From a virus (Duplodnaviria; Caudoviricetes), in the IMG/VR virus record IMGVR_UViG_3300030620_000005, positions 1 to 64,000 of that record: a stretch of 64,000 nt of DNA. One strand, 5' to 3'. The notes under the pieces are model-generated. The model made no database searches. It was not told the origin of the DNA and saw only the letters and a list, made by a program, of their open reading frames with translations. The position numbers and the translations under genes are program-made. Below are positions 9,371-17,495 of this stretch, piece by piece; within the stretch, counting starts at the first letter, position 1, and each line of letters begins with the position of its first letter.

Positions 9371-10242
9371 GAGCCACCGCCCGTCTCGGGCAGGTCGTGC
9401 GAGACCCGGTAGTCGTGGTGCAGCAGCGAGTCGTGCGGCTCCTCACGCAGCACCTGCGTCGGCGCGATCAGCCGCGTCAGCTTGTCCGCCGACACCTCAG
9501 CGTTCGGGCCCGGCGCCGTGTTGTGCCCGTGCTGCGACTCCGCAATCAACCGCCACGTGGCGACGGCCTTCTCCATCTCGGCCAGCGCGCGCTCCTGCGG
9601 ACGGTGCGCGGTCGCGGCCACCAGGTCGGCGCGGAAGTCGTAGAAGTCCTCCTCGTCCATGAGCGCGGCCCACGGGAACACGAGCGGGTACGAGCGGCGC
9701 TCCACCAGCCCCTCAGAGGCCTTACGGACAGCGTCGACGGTGAACATGCCGCCCGACGTGATTCCTTGGGCGTCGGCCTTGTCGCACAGGTCAAGCACCG
9801 CGTCGACGCAGCGGGAGAGGTAGGCCATCTCCTCGGCAATCGTCGGTTCCTTGCCGACGTACTTCGCGCGCTCGGCCTCCAGCTCGGCGACCCGAGCCCG
9901 CAACCCACGAACCTCCGCCAGCAGCGCAGCAAGGTGCCCGCTCACGACCGCCGCCGACTTCTCCGGCATCATCGCCAGCAGGTCGAGCGCGCCGATCGCC
10001 TGCTCGCGCTCCGACGTCAGCCCCGACGGCTCCGGCCCGACCGGCACCGGCAACGCATCCGCCTGCCCCGCAATCCCGTGCTCCGCCAGCTCGGCCAGCG
10101 TCACCATCAGATACGGCGGGCACTTGCAGGAATCCGTCACCGCATACAGGCCGCGCCCGTCCTGCGTCACCGCCCGACGCACCCACGTCACACCGTCCTT
10201 CGTGTTCACCACCAGCGGGTCATGCGACGTCGGGGCGCTCAT
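9367..10242 (-). CDS. Hypothetical protein
   Basis: 291-aa coupled ORF. Confidence 0.65.
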   Translation of the reverse strand: MSAPTSHDPLVVNTKDGVTWVRRAVTQDGRGLYAVTDSCKCPPYLMVTLAELAEHGIAGQADALPVPVGPEPSGLTSEREQAIGALDLLAMMPEKSAAVVSGHLAALLAEVRGLRARVAELEAERAKYVGKEPTIAEEMAYLSRCVDAVLDLCDKADAQGITSGGMFTVDAVRKASEGLVERRSYPLVFPWAALMDEEDFYDFRADLVAATAHRPQERALAEMEKAVATWRLIAESQHGHNTAPGPNAEVSADKLTRLIAPTQVLREEPHDSLLHHDYRVSHDLPETGGGS

Positions 10243-10538
10243 GCCGGCACCCCCGACGCGTCCGCGTCCAGCGCCGCCAGCAACATCCGCAGCCGGATCT
10301 CCAGCGTCACCGCCGCCTGGACCATGGCCTCGCGGTCGTGGATGTTCGCGCCCTGCTGCACGGCCAAGTCCTCCCGCGCAAGGCGCAGCGCGATGTCCAG
10401 CGGCGGCGCATACGCATCGGACGGCAGCGGCTGATACAGCGCCTCCACCGGCGGGACAGCCTTCGGCCGCGCCTGCGGCTTCTGCGCCAGCGTCATCACG
10501 GCGATCGACGCGCCGGGGAGATCAGTAGGATTACTCAA
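10239..10538 (-). CDS. Hypothetical protein
   Basis: ORF with AAGGAGG-like RBS upstream. Confidence 0.5.
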   Translation of the reverse strand: MSNPTDLPGASIAVMTLAQKPQARPKAVPPVEALYQPLPSDAYAPPLDIALRLAREDLAVQQGANIHDREAMVQAAVTLEIRLRMLLAALDADASGVPA

Positions 10539-10624
10539 GGTGATCCACTTCCTTCTCTGGGTTCAGTGGGTTGCCGAGGGGCTGTCGGGACCGGGCATGG
10601 TCCGGGCGGCCCCGTCTTCTTTGG

Positions 10625-10882
10625 TCAGGCGGCCGACGTGCGCTCCCGGCGCTTGCGCGCCGACTCCAGCCCCATCCGCCTGAAGTGCGCCCGCCGCAGG
10701 TTCTCTGCGACCTTCGCGATGAACTCGTCACCGGCGTCCGGGTGCAGCTCGCGGGCCTGCTTCTCGAAGCGGGCTTCGGCGGCGCGGTTGCCGGGTGCGG
10801 TGCGGGCGGTGCGGTCGGGGGTTTTCGCCCAGCTCATCTCTGCGCCGAGTTGGGCGCGGAGCCGGCGTTCTTCGGCGTTCAT
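10625..10882 (-). CDS. Small basic phage protein
   Basis: MNAEERRLRAQLGAEMSWAKTPDRTARTAP; ATGA-coupled to the Cro-like gene. Confidence 0.7.
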   Translation of the reverse strand: MNAEERRLRAQLGAEMSWAKTPDRTARTAPGNRAAEARFEKQARELHPDAGDEFIAKVAENLRRAHFRRMGLESARKRRERTSAA

Positions 10883-11163
10883 CTCTCTTCTTCCTCCGTG
10901 TTCGCGTTCTTGAACGTGTATGCGATGGGCGTGAAAAGCCAGCCCTGTTCGGCGTCGACTTCGTTGAGGACGGCGTGCATCTTGCTCTGAGGGAGCTTGG
11001 GCTGCCGTCCGTGGATCATGTGCCAGATTTTGCTTTTGCTGATGCCGGTTGCGTCGGCGAGGCTGCGTGCCGTGTGGCGGCGGCCGTTTTCGGTAGGGCC
11101 TCGCATGAGCCGCTTCAGGAGCGGGGCGTTTGTGAGGCGGTAGATGGGTTCGGCGTCGGGCAC
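10879..11163 (-). CDS. Cro-like XRE HTH protein
   Basis: TARSLADATGISKSKIWHMIHG; first gene of the early operon; GGAGGA RBS. Confidence 0.8.
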   Translation of the reverse strand: MPDAEPIYRLTNAPLLKRLMRGPTENGRRHTARSLADATGISKSKIWHMIHGRQPKLPQSKMHAVLNEVDAEQGWLFTPIAYTFKNANTEEEER

Positions 11164-11325
11164 CAGTTCCTCCCGTGGCGTCCACGTTCGTGAACATGAA
11201 CAAGCTAAGCATGGCGTTGCTCTGCTGTCCAGTGCTGTGCGGGAATCGTCCGATCCTGTCCCCGTTTTCCGTAGCGTTCGGCTTGAACATTCGAGGCTGG
11301 GGGCGCGTGAGTGTTCTTGAACGTG
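10906..11325. promoter_or_regulatory. Three near-palindromic operator candidates GTTC(G/T)TGAAC(A/G)TG
   Basis: Copies at 10906, 11186 and 11313, around the divergent cro/repressor promoters. Confidence 0.6.
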
Positions 11326-11403
11326 GACAATGACGCTGACTCGGGCGGAGGTTCGCCCCCCACACCGACCAACCCGCCGGCCCCCGCAAGCGAGGACACG
11401 ACC

Positions 11404-11772
11404 ATGCAGACCCTCACCGAACTCGTAGCCGACCGCCTCGGCCCGGGACGCCCACTCACCTACGACAAGTTCGAAGAACAGGCCATCGACGAACGCACCG
11501 GATACCGGCCCAGCAGGGGAGTCCTGTGGAAAGTCGCCCACGGTAAAAAGGTCCACATCGATCCGCCGCTCATCCGGGCCATCGCCGCCGGCCTCCGCAT
11601 CCCCGAAGCGCAGGTGCAGGCGGCTGCGGCTTACCAGTTCCTCGGCCTGGTCGTCACCCAGACCGCCGAGGGGATCGCTCTCACCATGCCCGGCACCAAA
11701 GATCCGGACACGGACGCAGTGCTACGGCAGGCCGAGCGCGCGCGGAACGAGGGGGAGGACGACTCGAACTGA
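11404..11772 (+). CDS. Putative immunity repressor (XRE-like HTH)
   Basis: Divergent from the Cro-like gene; SRGVLWKVAHG...IRAIAAGLRIPEAQVQAAAAYQFLG. Confidence 0.7.
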   Translation: MQTLTELVADRLGPGRPLTYDKFEEQAIDERTGYRPSRGVLWKVAHGKKVHIDPPLIRAIAAGLRIPEAQVQAAAAYQFLGLVVTQTAEGIALTMPGTKDPDTDAVLRQAERARNEGEDDSN

Positions 11773-11935
11773 CTGCCTGTTTACATACAACCGACATGTG
11801 TTGAAAGGGCATGCATTTATGCATTGCGGGTTCTGTGGCGGTCGGGATGCGGCGTACAGTTCCTGGCTCGACAACGGACGTGCGTGCGGCTTTTCGGACG
11901 TTGTGCGGCCAGCACGCACGAGACAGGGGGATCCT

Positions 11936-12178
11936 GTGGTCGCGCTGACGCTCAATCTTGAGGCGCGCGAGCATGCGCCCGGCACGGCTGTCGCGCTTCA
12001 CCCTGGCGGCCGCGGCGCGTACGCGTCGTACGACCCTGCGCAGATCAGTGAGGCGGATGCGGTTCGGGCGATCGGGCTGGTTGCCAAGGGCTGCCCGGAT
12101 GCGCTGGAGGTGTGTACGGCGGGTGGCCGAGAAAGAAGTTCAGTCGAGGGTATTGCAAAGCATGGCGGCTCTTTGTGA
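11936..12178 (+). CDS. Hypothetical protein
   Basis: ORF between repressor and integrase; start uncertain. Confidence 0.35.
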   Translation: MVALTLNLEAREHAPGTAVALHPGGRGAYASYDPAQISEADAVRAIGLVAKGCPDALEVCTAGGRERSSVEGIAKHGGSL

Positions 12179-12252
12179 CCCCCAATGACGGGCTTAAGCA
12201 TGGCGTTAATCGCTGTGTAGTGCGCGACTATCTTGACTGAGTGACGTCACGG

Positions 12253-12293
12253 AAAGTGCCCCTGACCTTTACAAACATGGTCGGGGGCACTTT
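12253..12293. terminator. Stem-loop upstream of the integrase
   Basis: AAAGTGCCCCTGACC-N11-GGTCGGGGGCACTTT. Confidence 0.6.
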
Positions 12294-12358
12294 GCTGTCC
12301 GAAGCATGGCGCTGCCAGTGGAGATACCACATGGTAAGACCATGCGCAGGGGGCGACC

Positions 12359-13252
12359 ATGACCACCGACGACATGCGCAGACTCCTCGACTCCTGGACC
12401 CTCCACCTACGCGCCGAACGCAAAAGCCAGCAGACCGTGAAGACCTACACCGACGGCATCAAACGCTTCATCGCCTGGTGCGAGCGCACCGGCCGCGAGC
12501 CTGACCTCGCACGAGCCGTAGTGAACGCCTTCGTCGCAGATCTCCTCGACGACGGCGCAGAGGCTGCCACGGCCCGCTCTCGACAGTTGTCCCTCCGCCG
12601 GTTCTCCACATGGCTGGCCGAAGAGGGAGAGCTCGACAGCGACCCGCTGGTGGGCCTGAAGCCGCCCAAGCTCGATAGCAAAATTATCCCTGAACTATCC
12701 GACGACCAGCTCCGCTCGTTGATCAAGGCGTGCGCCGGCAAGGACTTCTGGGAACGCCGCGACGAGGCAATCATCCGACTAATGATCGAGACCGGGGCGA
12801 GGATCGGTGAAGTCGTCGCCATGGAAGTGGACGACATCGACCTGCCCGCCGGCACTGTGATCGTGCGCCGCGGCAAGGGAGGCAAGGGCCGCAGGGTGCC
12901 TATCGGGCCGCAGACGTCTCGCGCGGTTGACCGGTATCTGCGGTTGCGGCGGGCTCACAGGCTTTCCGGGACGCCGGATCTGTGGCTCGGTGACCGGGGT
13001 AAGACGATCGGATATTCGGGTCTCTACGACAGTCTGGTGCGGCGTGCGAGGATCGCGGGTGTTGGGGACTTCCATCCGCATGTGTTGCGGCATACGGCGG
13101 CTGGGAGGTGGCTTCAGCGGGGTGGGTCGGAGGGGGGGTTGATGGCGGTGGCTGGGTGGTCGCGGCGGGACATGATTGATCGGTATACGCGGGCGACGGC
13201 GGCGAAGCGTGCTGCTGATGAGGCGCGGGGGCTGAATCTGGGTGATCTTTGA
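12359..13252 (+). CDS. int: Tyrosine integrase/recombinase without an obvious arm-binding domain
   Basis: TGARIGE, KGGKGR, HPHVLRHT, GWS, MIDRY catalytic set. Confidence 0.95.
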   Translation: MTTDDMRRLLDSWTLHLRAERKSQQTVKTYTDGIKRFIAWCERTGREPDLARAVVNAFVADLLDDGAEAATARSRQLSLRRFSTWLAEEGELDSDPLVGLKPPKLDSKIIPELSDDQLRSLIKACAGKDFWERRDEAIIRLMIETGARIGEVVAMEVDDIDLPAGTVIVRRGKGGKGRRVPIGPQTSRAVDRYLRLRRAHRLSGTPDLWLGDRGKTIGYSGLYDSLVRRARIAGVGDFHPHVLRHTAAGRWLQRGGSEGGLMAVAGWSRRDMIDRYTRATAAKRAADEARGLNLGDL

Positions 13253-13270
13253 TCGCCGTAGGCTGTCTGT

Positions 13271-13459
13271 ATGCCCTTGAACTTTCCCGCCTCTGGTTCC
13301 GTGCGGTCTGCTGCCGTGGTGAACGAGGAGATCCGTGCCCTGTGGGGAGACCGGGGAGATCCGCGCGTGCAGCTCGTCGGCGAGGCACGGGACCGGTACG
13401 AGCGGCTGTATGCGGAGTGGGCGGCAGCGGTACGGGCCGAGGTGGTGGAGGCGGCGTAG
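13271..13459 (+). CDS. Small hypothetical protein
   Basis: VRSAAVVNEEIRALW...EWAAAVRAEVVEAA. Confidence 0.6.
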   Translation: MPLNFPASGSVRSAAVVNEEIRALWGDRGDPRVQLVGEARDRYERLYAEWAAAVRAEVVEAA

Positions 13460-13460
13460 C

Positions 13461-13553
13461 TTTTCGTGCTGTCACGAAAAAGCCTGGTCAGCCAGGTTCC
13501 CCGCATGGGGAAGCTGAGGTCAGCGCATCACTTCGCCGTCTGGCGAAGTGATG
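13461..13553. repeat. Five back-to-back inverted repeats with 4-nt loops
   Basis: Stems of 8, 5, 6, 4 and 12 bp read directly from the sequence. Confidence 0.85.
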
Positions 13554-13561
13554 TCCCGCCG

Positions 13562-13819
13562 TCACGACGAGCCGTCACCCGCGGACAGGTGCTCCTCGAA
13601 CCGCTGCCTCAACTCACACAGTTCCCGCGCCGTCTCGTCCACCTTCCGTTCGGTGCGTGTCACGGTGTCTTTGATCGAGTGGCCGCCGTTCGGCGACAAC
13701 TCCTGCACCGCGGTCACGATCGTCACGATCCGCCGGTTGATGCGCCACACGCCGCGGGCGAGTGCGCCGATGGCGATGAGTGCGGCTGCTCCGGCGCCGA
13801 GGTAGATGAGTAGGTCCAT
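13562..13819 (-). CDS. Single-TM holin-like membrane protein
   Basis: N-terminal TM plus coiled coil; preceded by the late promoter motif. Confidence 0.65.
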   Translation of the reverse strand: MDLLIYLGAGAAALIAIGALARGVWRINRRIVTIVTAVQELSPNGGHSIKDTVTRTERKVDETARELCELRQRFEEHLSAGDGSS

Positions 13820-13868
13820 GGGCCCCTCCGTGGTGCGGGCCCTCATGGTGGTGGGCCGTTCGAACGTG

Positions 13869-13901
13869 AGTGTGGCATTCGAACGCTCGGGCATATTCCG
13901 G
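13869..13901 (-). promoter_or_regulatory. Late promoter motif
   Basis: CCGGAATATGC-N16-CACACT. Confidence 0.65.
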
Positions 13902-13972
13902 CAACATGGGCCACTTGCATCCCGGCTGCATAATGGTATTCAGCCCTCCGGCGAAGTGAATGCGAGGCCAGC

Positions 13973-14218
13973 ATGCAGCAAACCGCACGACGGCCCGGAC
14001 GCCCCCGCGACCCCGACGTCATCGCCCGCGACGAGACCATCTACCAACTCATCGCCGACGGCCACGCCACCCGCCGAGACCTCGCCACACAGGCCGGACT
14101 GGACCGCGACGCCGTCTACCTCTCCTGCTCCCGGCTCCGTAAGCAGGGCCGTATCCGGCAGTGCCTCCAGCACGGCGTCATCGTCTGGTCCGTCGCCGAC
14201 GACACCCCGTGCCCCTGA
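13973..14218 (+). CDS. Winged-helix DNA-binding protein
   Basis: IYQLIADGHATRRDLATQAGLDRDAVYLSCSRLRKQGRI. Confidence 0.7.
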   Translation: MQQTARRPGRPRDPDVIARDETIYQLIADGHATRRDLATQAGLDRDAVYLSCSRLRKQGRIRQCLQHGVIVWSVADDTPCP

Positions 14219-14229
14219 GAGGAGACGCC

Positions 14230-14469
14230 ATGGTCGCCATCGGCCAGACCATCAACATCCTCAGCGTCACTGTGTTCCTTGCCGCCGCACTACTCGCCGC
14301 GCTCGGCAAACTGTCCGCCCGACTGTTCTTCACTACAGGCGTCGCCACCAACATCGTCGGGCTCATCGGAACCTCGATCAGCGGGAGCGTCTGGGGCGCC
14401 ACGCTGCACGTGATCGCTATCGGCTGTTTCATCGCTGCCTTGGCCGTACACCGTTTGAGGTCGTCATGA
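14230..14469 (+). CDS. Three-TM membrane protein
   Basis: Hydrophobic ORF with GGAG RBS. Confidence 0.65.
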   Translation: MVAIGQTINILSVTVFLAAALLAALGKLSARLFFTTGVATNIVGLIGTSISGSVWGATLHVIAIGCFIAALAVHRLRSS

Positions 14470-14861
14470 GCATCGTCGAGTTCTTCTCCGCCGATGACGT
14501 CGCCTGGCAGGCCGACGCCCCCTGCGCCACCGTCGGCTTCGACTTCGTCCCCGACGTCGAAACGGACGAAGGGCTCGCCGCCGCGCAGGAGTGGTGCAAA
14601 ACCTGCGACGTCCGCACCCGCTGCCTGGCGTGGGCGATGCTCAACCGGGCCGAAGGGTATTGGGGCGGCACGACCACCTACCAGCGTGACCAGCTACGGC
14701 GGGTGCGCACCCGCGCGAAGTGCCCGCTGTGTCTCTGCACGGCACCGGCGCTGGTGTATCAGGGCCCGCACGAACTGTGCCTCGCGTGCGGAATCTCGTG
14801 GGTGCGCGACGTGCGTGAGGAACCAATCGCCGCCACACCGCTACCATCGGCCGCAGCCTGA
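14466..14861 (+). CDS. Second WhiB-like protein with C-terminal zinc ribbon
   Basis: C...CKTCDVRTRC...GYWGG plus CPLC...CLAC. Confidence 0.8.
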   Translation: MSIVEFFSADDVAWQADAPCATVGFDFVPDVETDEGLAAAQEWCKTCDVRTRCLAWAMLNRAEGYWGGTTTYQRDQLRRVRTRAKCPLCLCTAPALVYQGPHELCLACGISWVRDVREEPIAATPLPSAAA

Positions 14862-14882
14862 ACTGCGAAGGAGCATCACCCG

Positions 14883-15440
14883 ATGCAGAAAATCCCAACC
14901 CTCTTCGTCCGTAACCCCGAAGACCGCCGCCACGTCCTGCCCGACGTCACGCCCGGCTGCGAATGGGTGATCGACGGCGAAGGCGTCGCCACCCGCAAGT
15001 GGGACGGCACCTGCGTCATGCTCGACGAGCACGGCGCCTGGTGGGCCCGCCGCGAGGTCAAGCCCGGCAAGAACATCCCGCCCGGCTACCAGATCGTCCA
15101 GCATGACGAAGCGACGGGAAAGCTCGTCGGCTGGGAGCCGATGGCGCAGTCGTCGTTCGCGAAGTTCCACGCCGAGGCTGTGGAGAACTGTGGCGGTGTT
15201 GAGGGCGCGGACACGTATGAACTCCTCGGGCCGAAGATCAACGGCAACCCCGACGGCTTCGACGTCCACGTCCTCATGCCCCACGGCTGGGCCCGGCGCT
15301 CCGACCGTATCGACTGTGAAGCCGCGCCCCGCGACTACGGCGGACTCCGGACGTGGCTGCTCGCCCGCCACTACGAGGGCCTCGTCTGGCACCACGCCGA
15401 CGGACGGATGGCGAAGCTGAAGGCGAAGGACTTCCACTAA
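14883..15440 (+). CDS. RNA-ligase-like nucleotidyltransferase
   Basis: ATRKWDGT (KxDG), TYEL, YEGLV, AKLK motifs. Confidence 0.7.
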   Translation: MQKIPTLFVRNPEDRRHVLPDVTPGCEWVIDGEGVATRKWDGTCVMLDEHGAWWARREVKPGKNIPPGYQIVQHDEATGKLVGWEPMAQSSFAKFHAEAVENCGGVEGADTYELLGPKINGNPDGFDVHVLMPHGWARRSDRIDCEAAPRDYGGLRTWLLARHYEGLVWHHADGRMAKLKAKDFH

Positions 15441-15468
15441 GCCGGGACCGCCATGCGAGGATGCCACC

Positions 15469-15702
15469 ATGGCTCGACAGGAATGGGTCCCAGAACTCAC
15501 CGACGAAGACTGGCGGATCTGGTTCGACTCACCAGACGGCTCGATGGCTTGCCCCGCCGACGGATGCGGACGAGTCTCGGCCGCCTACTGGGACGGCATC
15601 AACGAGGTGCTGAAGTGGGCCGGATGCAAGCACCGGGCGTTCGTGCCGGAGTCCCCGCTGATGTGGCCGCCGCCGGAGTCTCACGTACGACGAGGACAGT
15701 GA
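15469..15702 (+). CDS. Hypothetical protein
   Basis: ORF with GAGG RBS. Confidence 0.5.
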   Translation: MARQEWVPELTDEDWRIWFDSPDGSMACPADGCGRVSAAYWDGINEVLKWAGCKHRAFVPESPLMWPPPESHVRRGQ

Positions 15703-15743
15703 GCGCTACACCGCTACCCGCGTCGGCTGCTTAGGATGCGTTC

Positions 15744-15914
15744 ATGAGCAGCGAGGAAGAACCGGACTTCAAAGACCTCAAGGCCTACTACGAAGGCACC
15801 CCCGAAGAGCGCCGCGCCGCAGCCCGACGTCTCGACGAACGGGCGCTCCGCGAAGGGCAGATCAGCCAGGAAGACTTCGACAGGCAATGGGGTCCCGGCG
15901 CGTCGCCGAGTTAA
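15744..15914 (+). CDS. Small acidic protein, probably leaderless
   Basis: TAGGAT 6 nt before ATG; 56 aa MSSEEEPDFKDLKAYY... Confidence 0.55.
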   Translation: MSSEEEPDFKDLKAYYEGTPEERRAAARRLDERALREGQISQEDFDRQWGPGASPS

Positions 15915-16996
15915 GCCGGGACCGCCGTGCGAGGCGTAGCCTGCTGCATCTCATACGCCCTCTGCCAGGCATCGGCCCAACGCCAGGCGTGATCCCGCAA
16001 CCGGAGCTGCTCGGCGACCGCACGCCCCGCCTCCGACAACTCCGCCCGCAACGCAGCCGACTCCCGCAGTCGCTTCAACTCCCGATACCAAGTCCGCGGC
16101 CGATCAGCGAGGATCCCGGCGCCCATCTTGTGCAGCCGCGCATACTCCGCCCGCGGCGACGCCACCCACGGCACACCGCAGGCAGACATCTCCATCGGCT
16201 TCAACGCCGACTTGGCCTGATTGAACTTCGTGTCCGCCAGTGGCGCGATCCCGATCCCCAACTCGGCGACGGCGCGCGGCCACTCCTCGATCGGCACCGC
16301 GCCGCCCGGCGGATCCGCAGCGAGACCGAGCGCCTTCCCCGCGCCCGTCGGATCACCGCGCATCACGAACGACGCGCCCTCATCCACCAGCCGCGCGACC
16401 GCACCGCCGACCACCTCCGGGTCGTTCGGGTGGGAGTGGAACGAACCGGGCCAGCCGATCGTGTCCGAGTCCGTACGCGGCAGCCCGTAGTACATGTCCG
16501 GCAGATAGTTCGGCAGCACATGCCCCCGCCCATGCCGCGCGTACACGTCCAACAGGGCAGGCGTCGACACCGTCACCAACGTCGCATCCCGACACGCCGC
16601 CGCGAGATTCCGCCACGAATGCCGATGCACCTCCCGCCCCCCGGCCAGCCGCTTCCCCTCGTTCCCGGGATGGTGCATCGCCCACGCCGGATTGCTCGGG
16701 TGGATCGACGACAGATCGTCGTCGACATCGACGACCACCGCGACGCCCTTCGACCGCATCACCCCCACGGCCTGCGCCATGTAGGCGTGCGTCACCCGCT
16801 GCATCACGACCACATCCACACCCGGCTCGACGAGGACGTCCTTCACAAGGTCGCCCTCCATGACCAAGCGCACCGTGCGCCGCTCCTGCGCGACCACGGT
16901 CACGTCATGCCCGGCCGCCGCGCACGCCTCGCCGGGCCAAATCATCCTAAATGAGCCACAGCCCCAACGATCCGCAGGAAATACGACGACCTTCAC
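15911..16996 (-). CDS. GT-B (GT4-like) glycosyltransferase
   Basis: VVMQR, VVVDVDDDL, GIAPLADTKFNQAKSALKPME...GVPWVASP. Confidence 0.85.
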   Translation of the reverse strand: MKVVVFPADRWGCGSFRMIWPGEACAAAGHDVTVVAQERRTVRLVMEGDLVKDVLVEPGVDVVVMQRVTHAYMAQAVGVMRSKGVAVVVDVDDDLSSIHPSNPAWAMHHPGNEGKRLAGGREVHRHSWRNLAAACRDATLVTVSTPALLDVYARHGRGHVLPNYLPDMYYGLPRTDSDTIGWPGSFHSHPNDPEVVGGAVARLVDEGASFVMRGDPTGAGKALGLAADPPGGAVPIEEWPRAVAELGIGIAPLADTKFNQAKSALKPMEMSACGVPWVASPRAEYARLHKMGAGILADRPRTWYRELKRLRESAALRAELSEAGRAVAEQLRLRDHAWRWADAWQRAYEMQQATPRTAVPA

Positions 16997-17283
16997 TCTT
17001 CGGTGGTCTTCCGGCGTCCACGGGTCCGCGGCGCCTCCGCCGTCGCCCCCACCAGGGTGTCGGCGTTGACCGGTCCCGCCGCTGCCTCCAGTGCGTCGAT
17101 CCGCTTGCCAAGCCGGTCGATCGCGGTCGCAGCGTGGTGAAGGTGCTCATGCAGGTCGGTGATCTGCTGCTGCAGCCCGGCCGTGTCGGGCGCCGCATGG
17201 TTGGGCTGTCCGACGCCGAGGAGCGCCTGCGTGGCCTCCTCGCGGGCGAGCTTGCGGATACGTCCGTCCAAGGGGCTGCTCAT
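16993..17283 (-). CDS. Coiled-coil hypothetical protein
   Basis: ATGA-coupled to the holin. Confidence 0.6.
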   Translation of the reverse strand: MSSPLDGRIRKLAREEATQALLGVGQPNHAAPDTAGLQQQITDLHEHLHHAATAIDRLGKRIDALEAAAGPVNADTLVGATAEAPRTRGRRKTTEE

Positions 17284-17480
17284 GCTTCCGTGTCCTCTCC
17301 AGCGGTGAAGGCATCCCGGTTGGGGACCGCCCAGGTGAATCCGAGCGCGGCGAGGACAGCGATGAGCGCGGCCCATCCCTCGGCGGCGGTCACGGTGTCG
17401 TCGATGACTGCGACGGACAGAGAGCCGGACCCCGCGGCGAGCGCAGAGACAACGGCTTTCCAGTACTTCGAAATCCTCAT
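17280..17480 (-). CDS. Holin
   Basis: Two TM segments directly after the endolysin. Confidence 0.8.
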   Translation of the reverse strand: MRISKYWKAVVSALAAGSGSLSVAVIDDTVTAAEGWAALIAVLAALGFTWAVPNRDAFTAGEDTEA

Positions 17481-17495
17481 GGGGGATTCCTCTTC

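Larger units (their letters stand above)
11207..12311 (+). repeat. Four direct copies of AAGCATGGCG
   Basis: Copies at 11207, 12158, 12196 and 12302; two share TAAGCATGGCGTT. Confidence 0.7.
15438..15934 (+). repeat. 23-bp direct repeat bracketing two small ORFs
   Basis: TAAGCCGGGACCGCC(A/G)TGCGAGG at 15438-15460 and 15912-15934. Confidence 0.85.

Noticed and set aside
11404-13252. Integration-dependent immunity (attP inside the repressor, ssrA-like tags)
   Set aside because: Repressor ends EDDSN and integrase ends NLGDL; no degradation tag or tRNA-like core in the repressor gene
13461-13553. Similarity of the hairpin array to Streptomyces linear replicon telomeres
   Set aside because: Internal position, 4-nt rather than GNA-type loops, and no terminal protein gene in the window
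13858-13890. Possible LexA box from the CGAAC/GTTCG half sites
   Set aside because: Half sites lack the required CGAAC-N4-GTTCG geometry; the region is better explained by the late promoter motif
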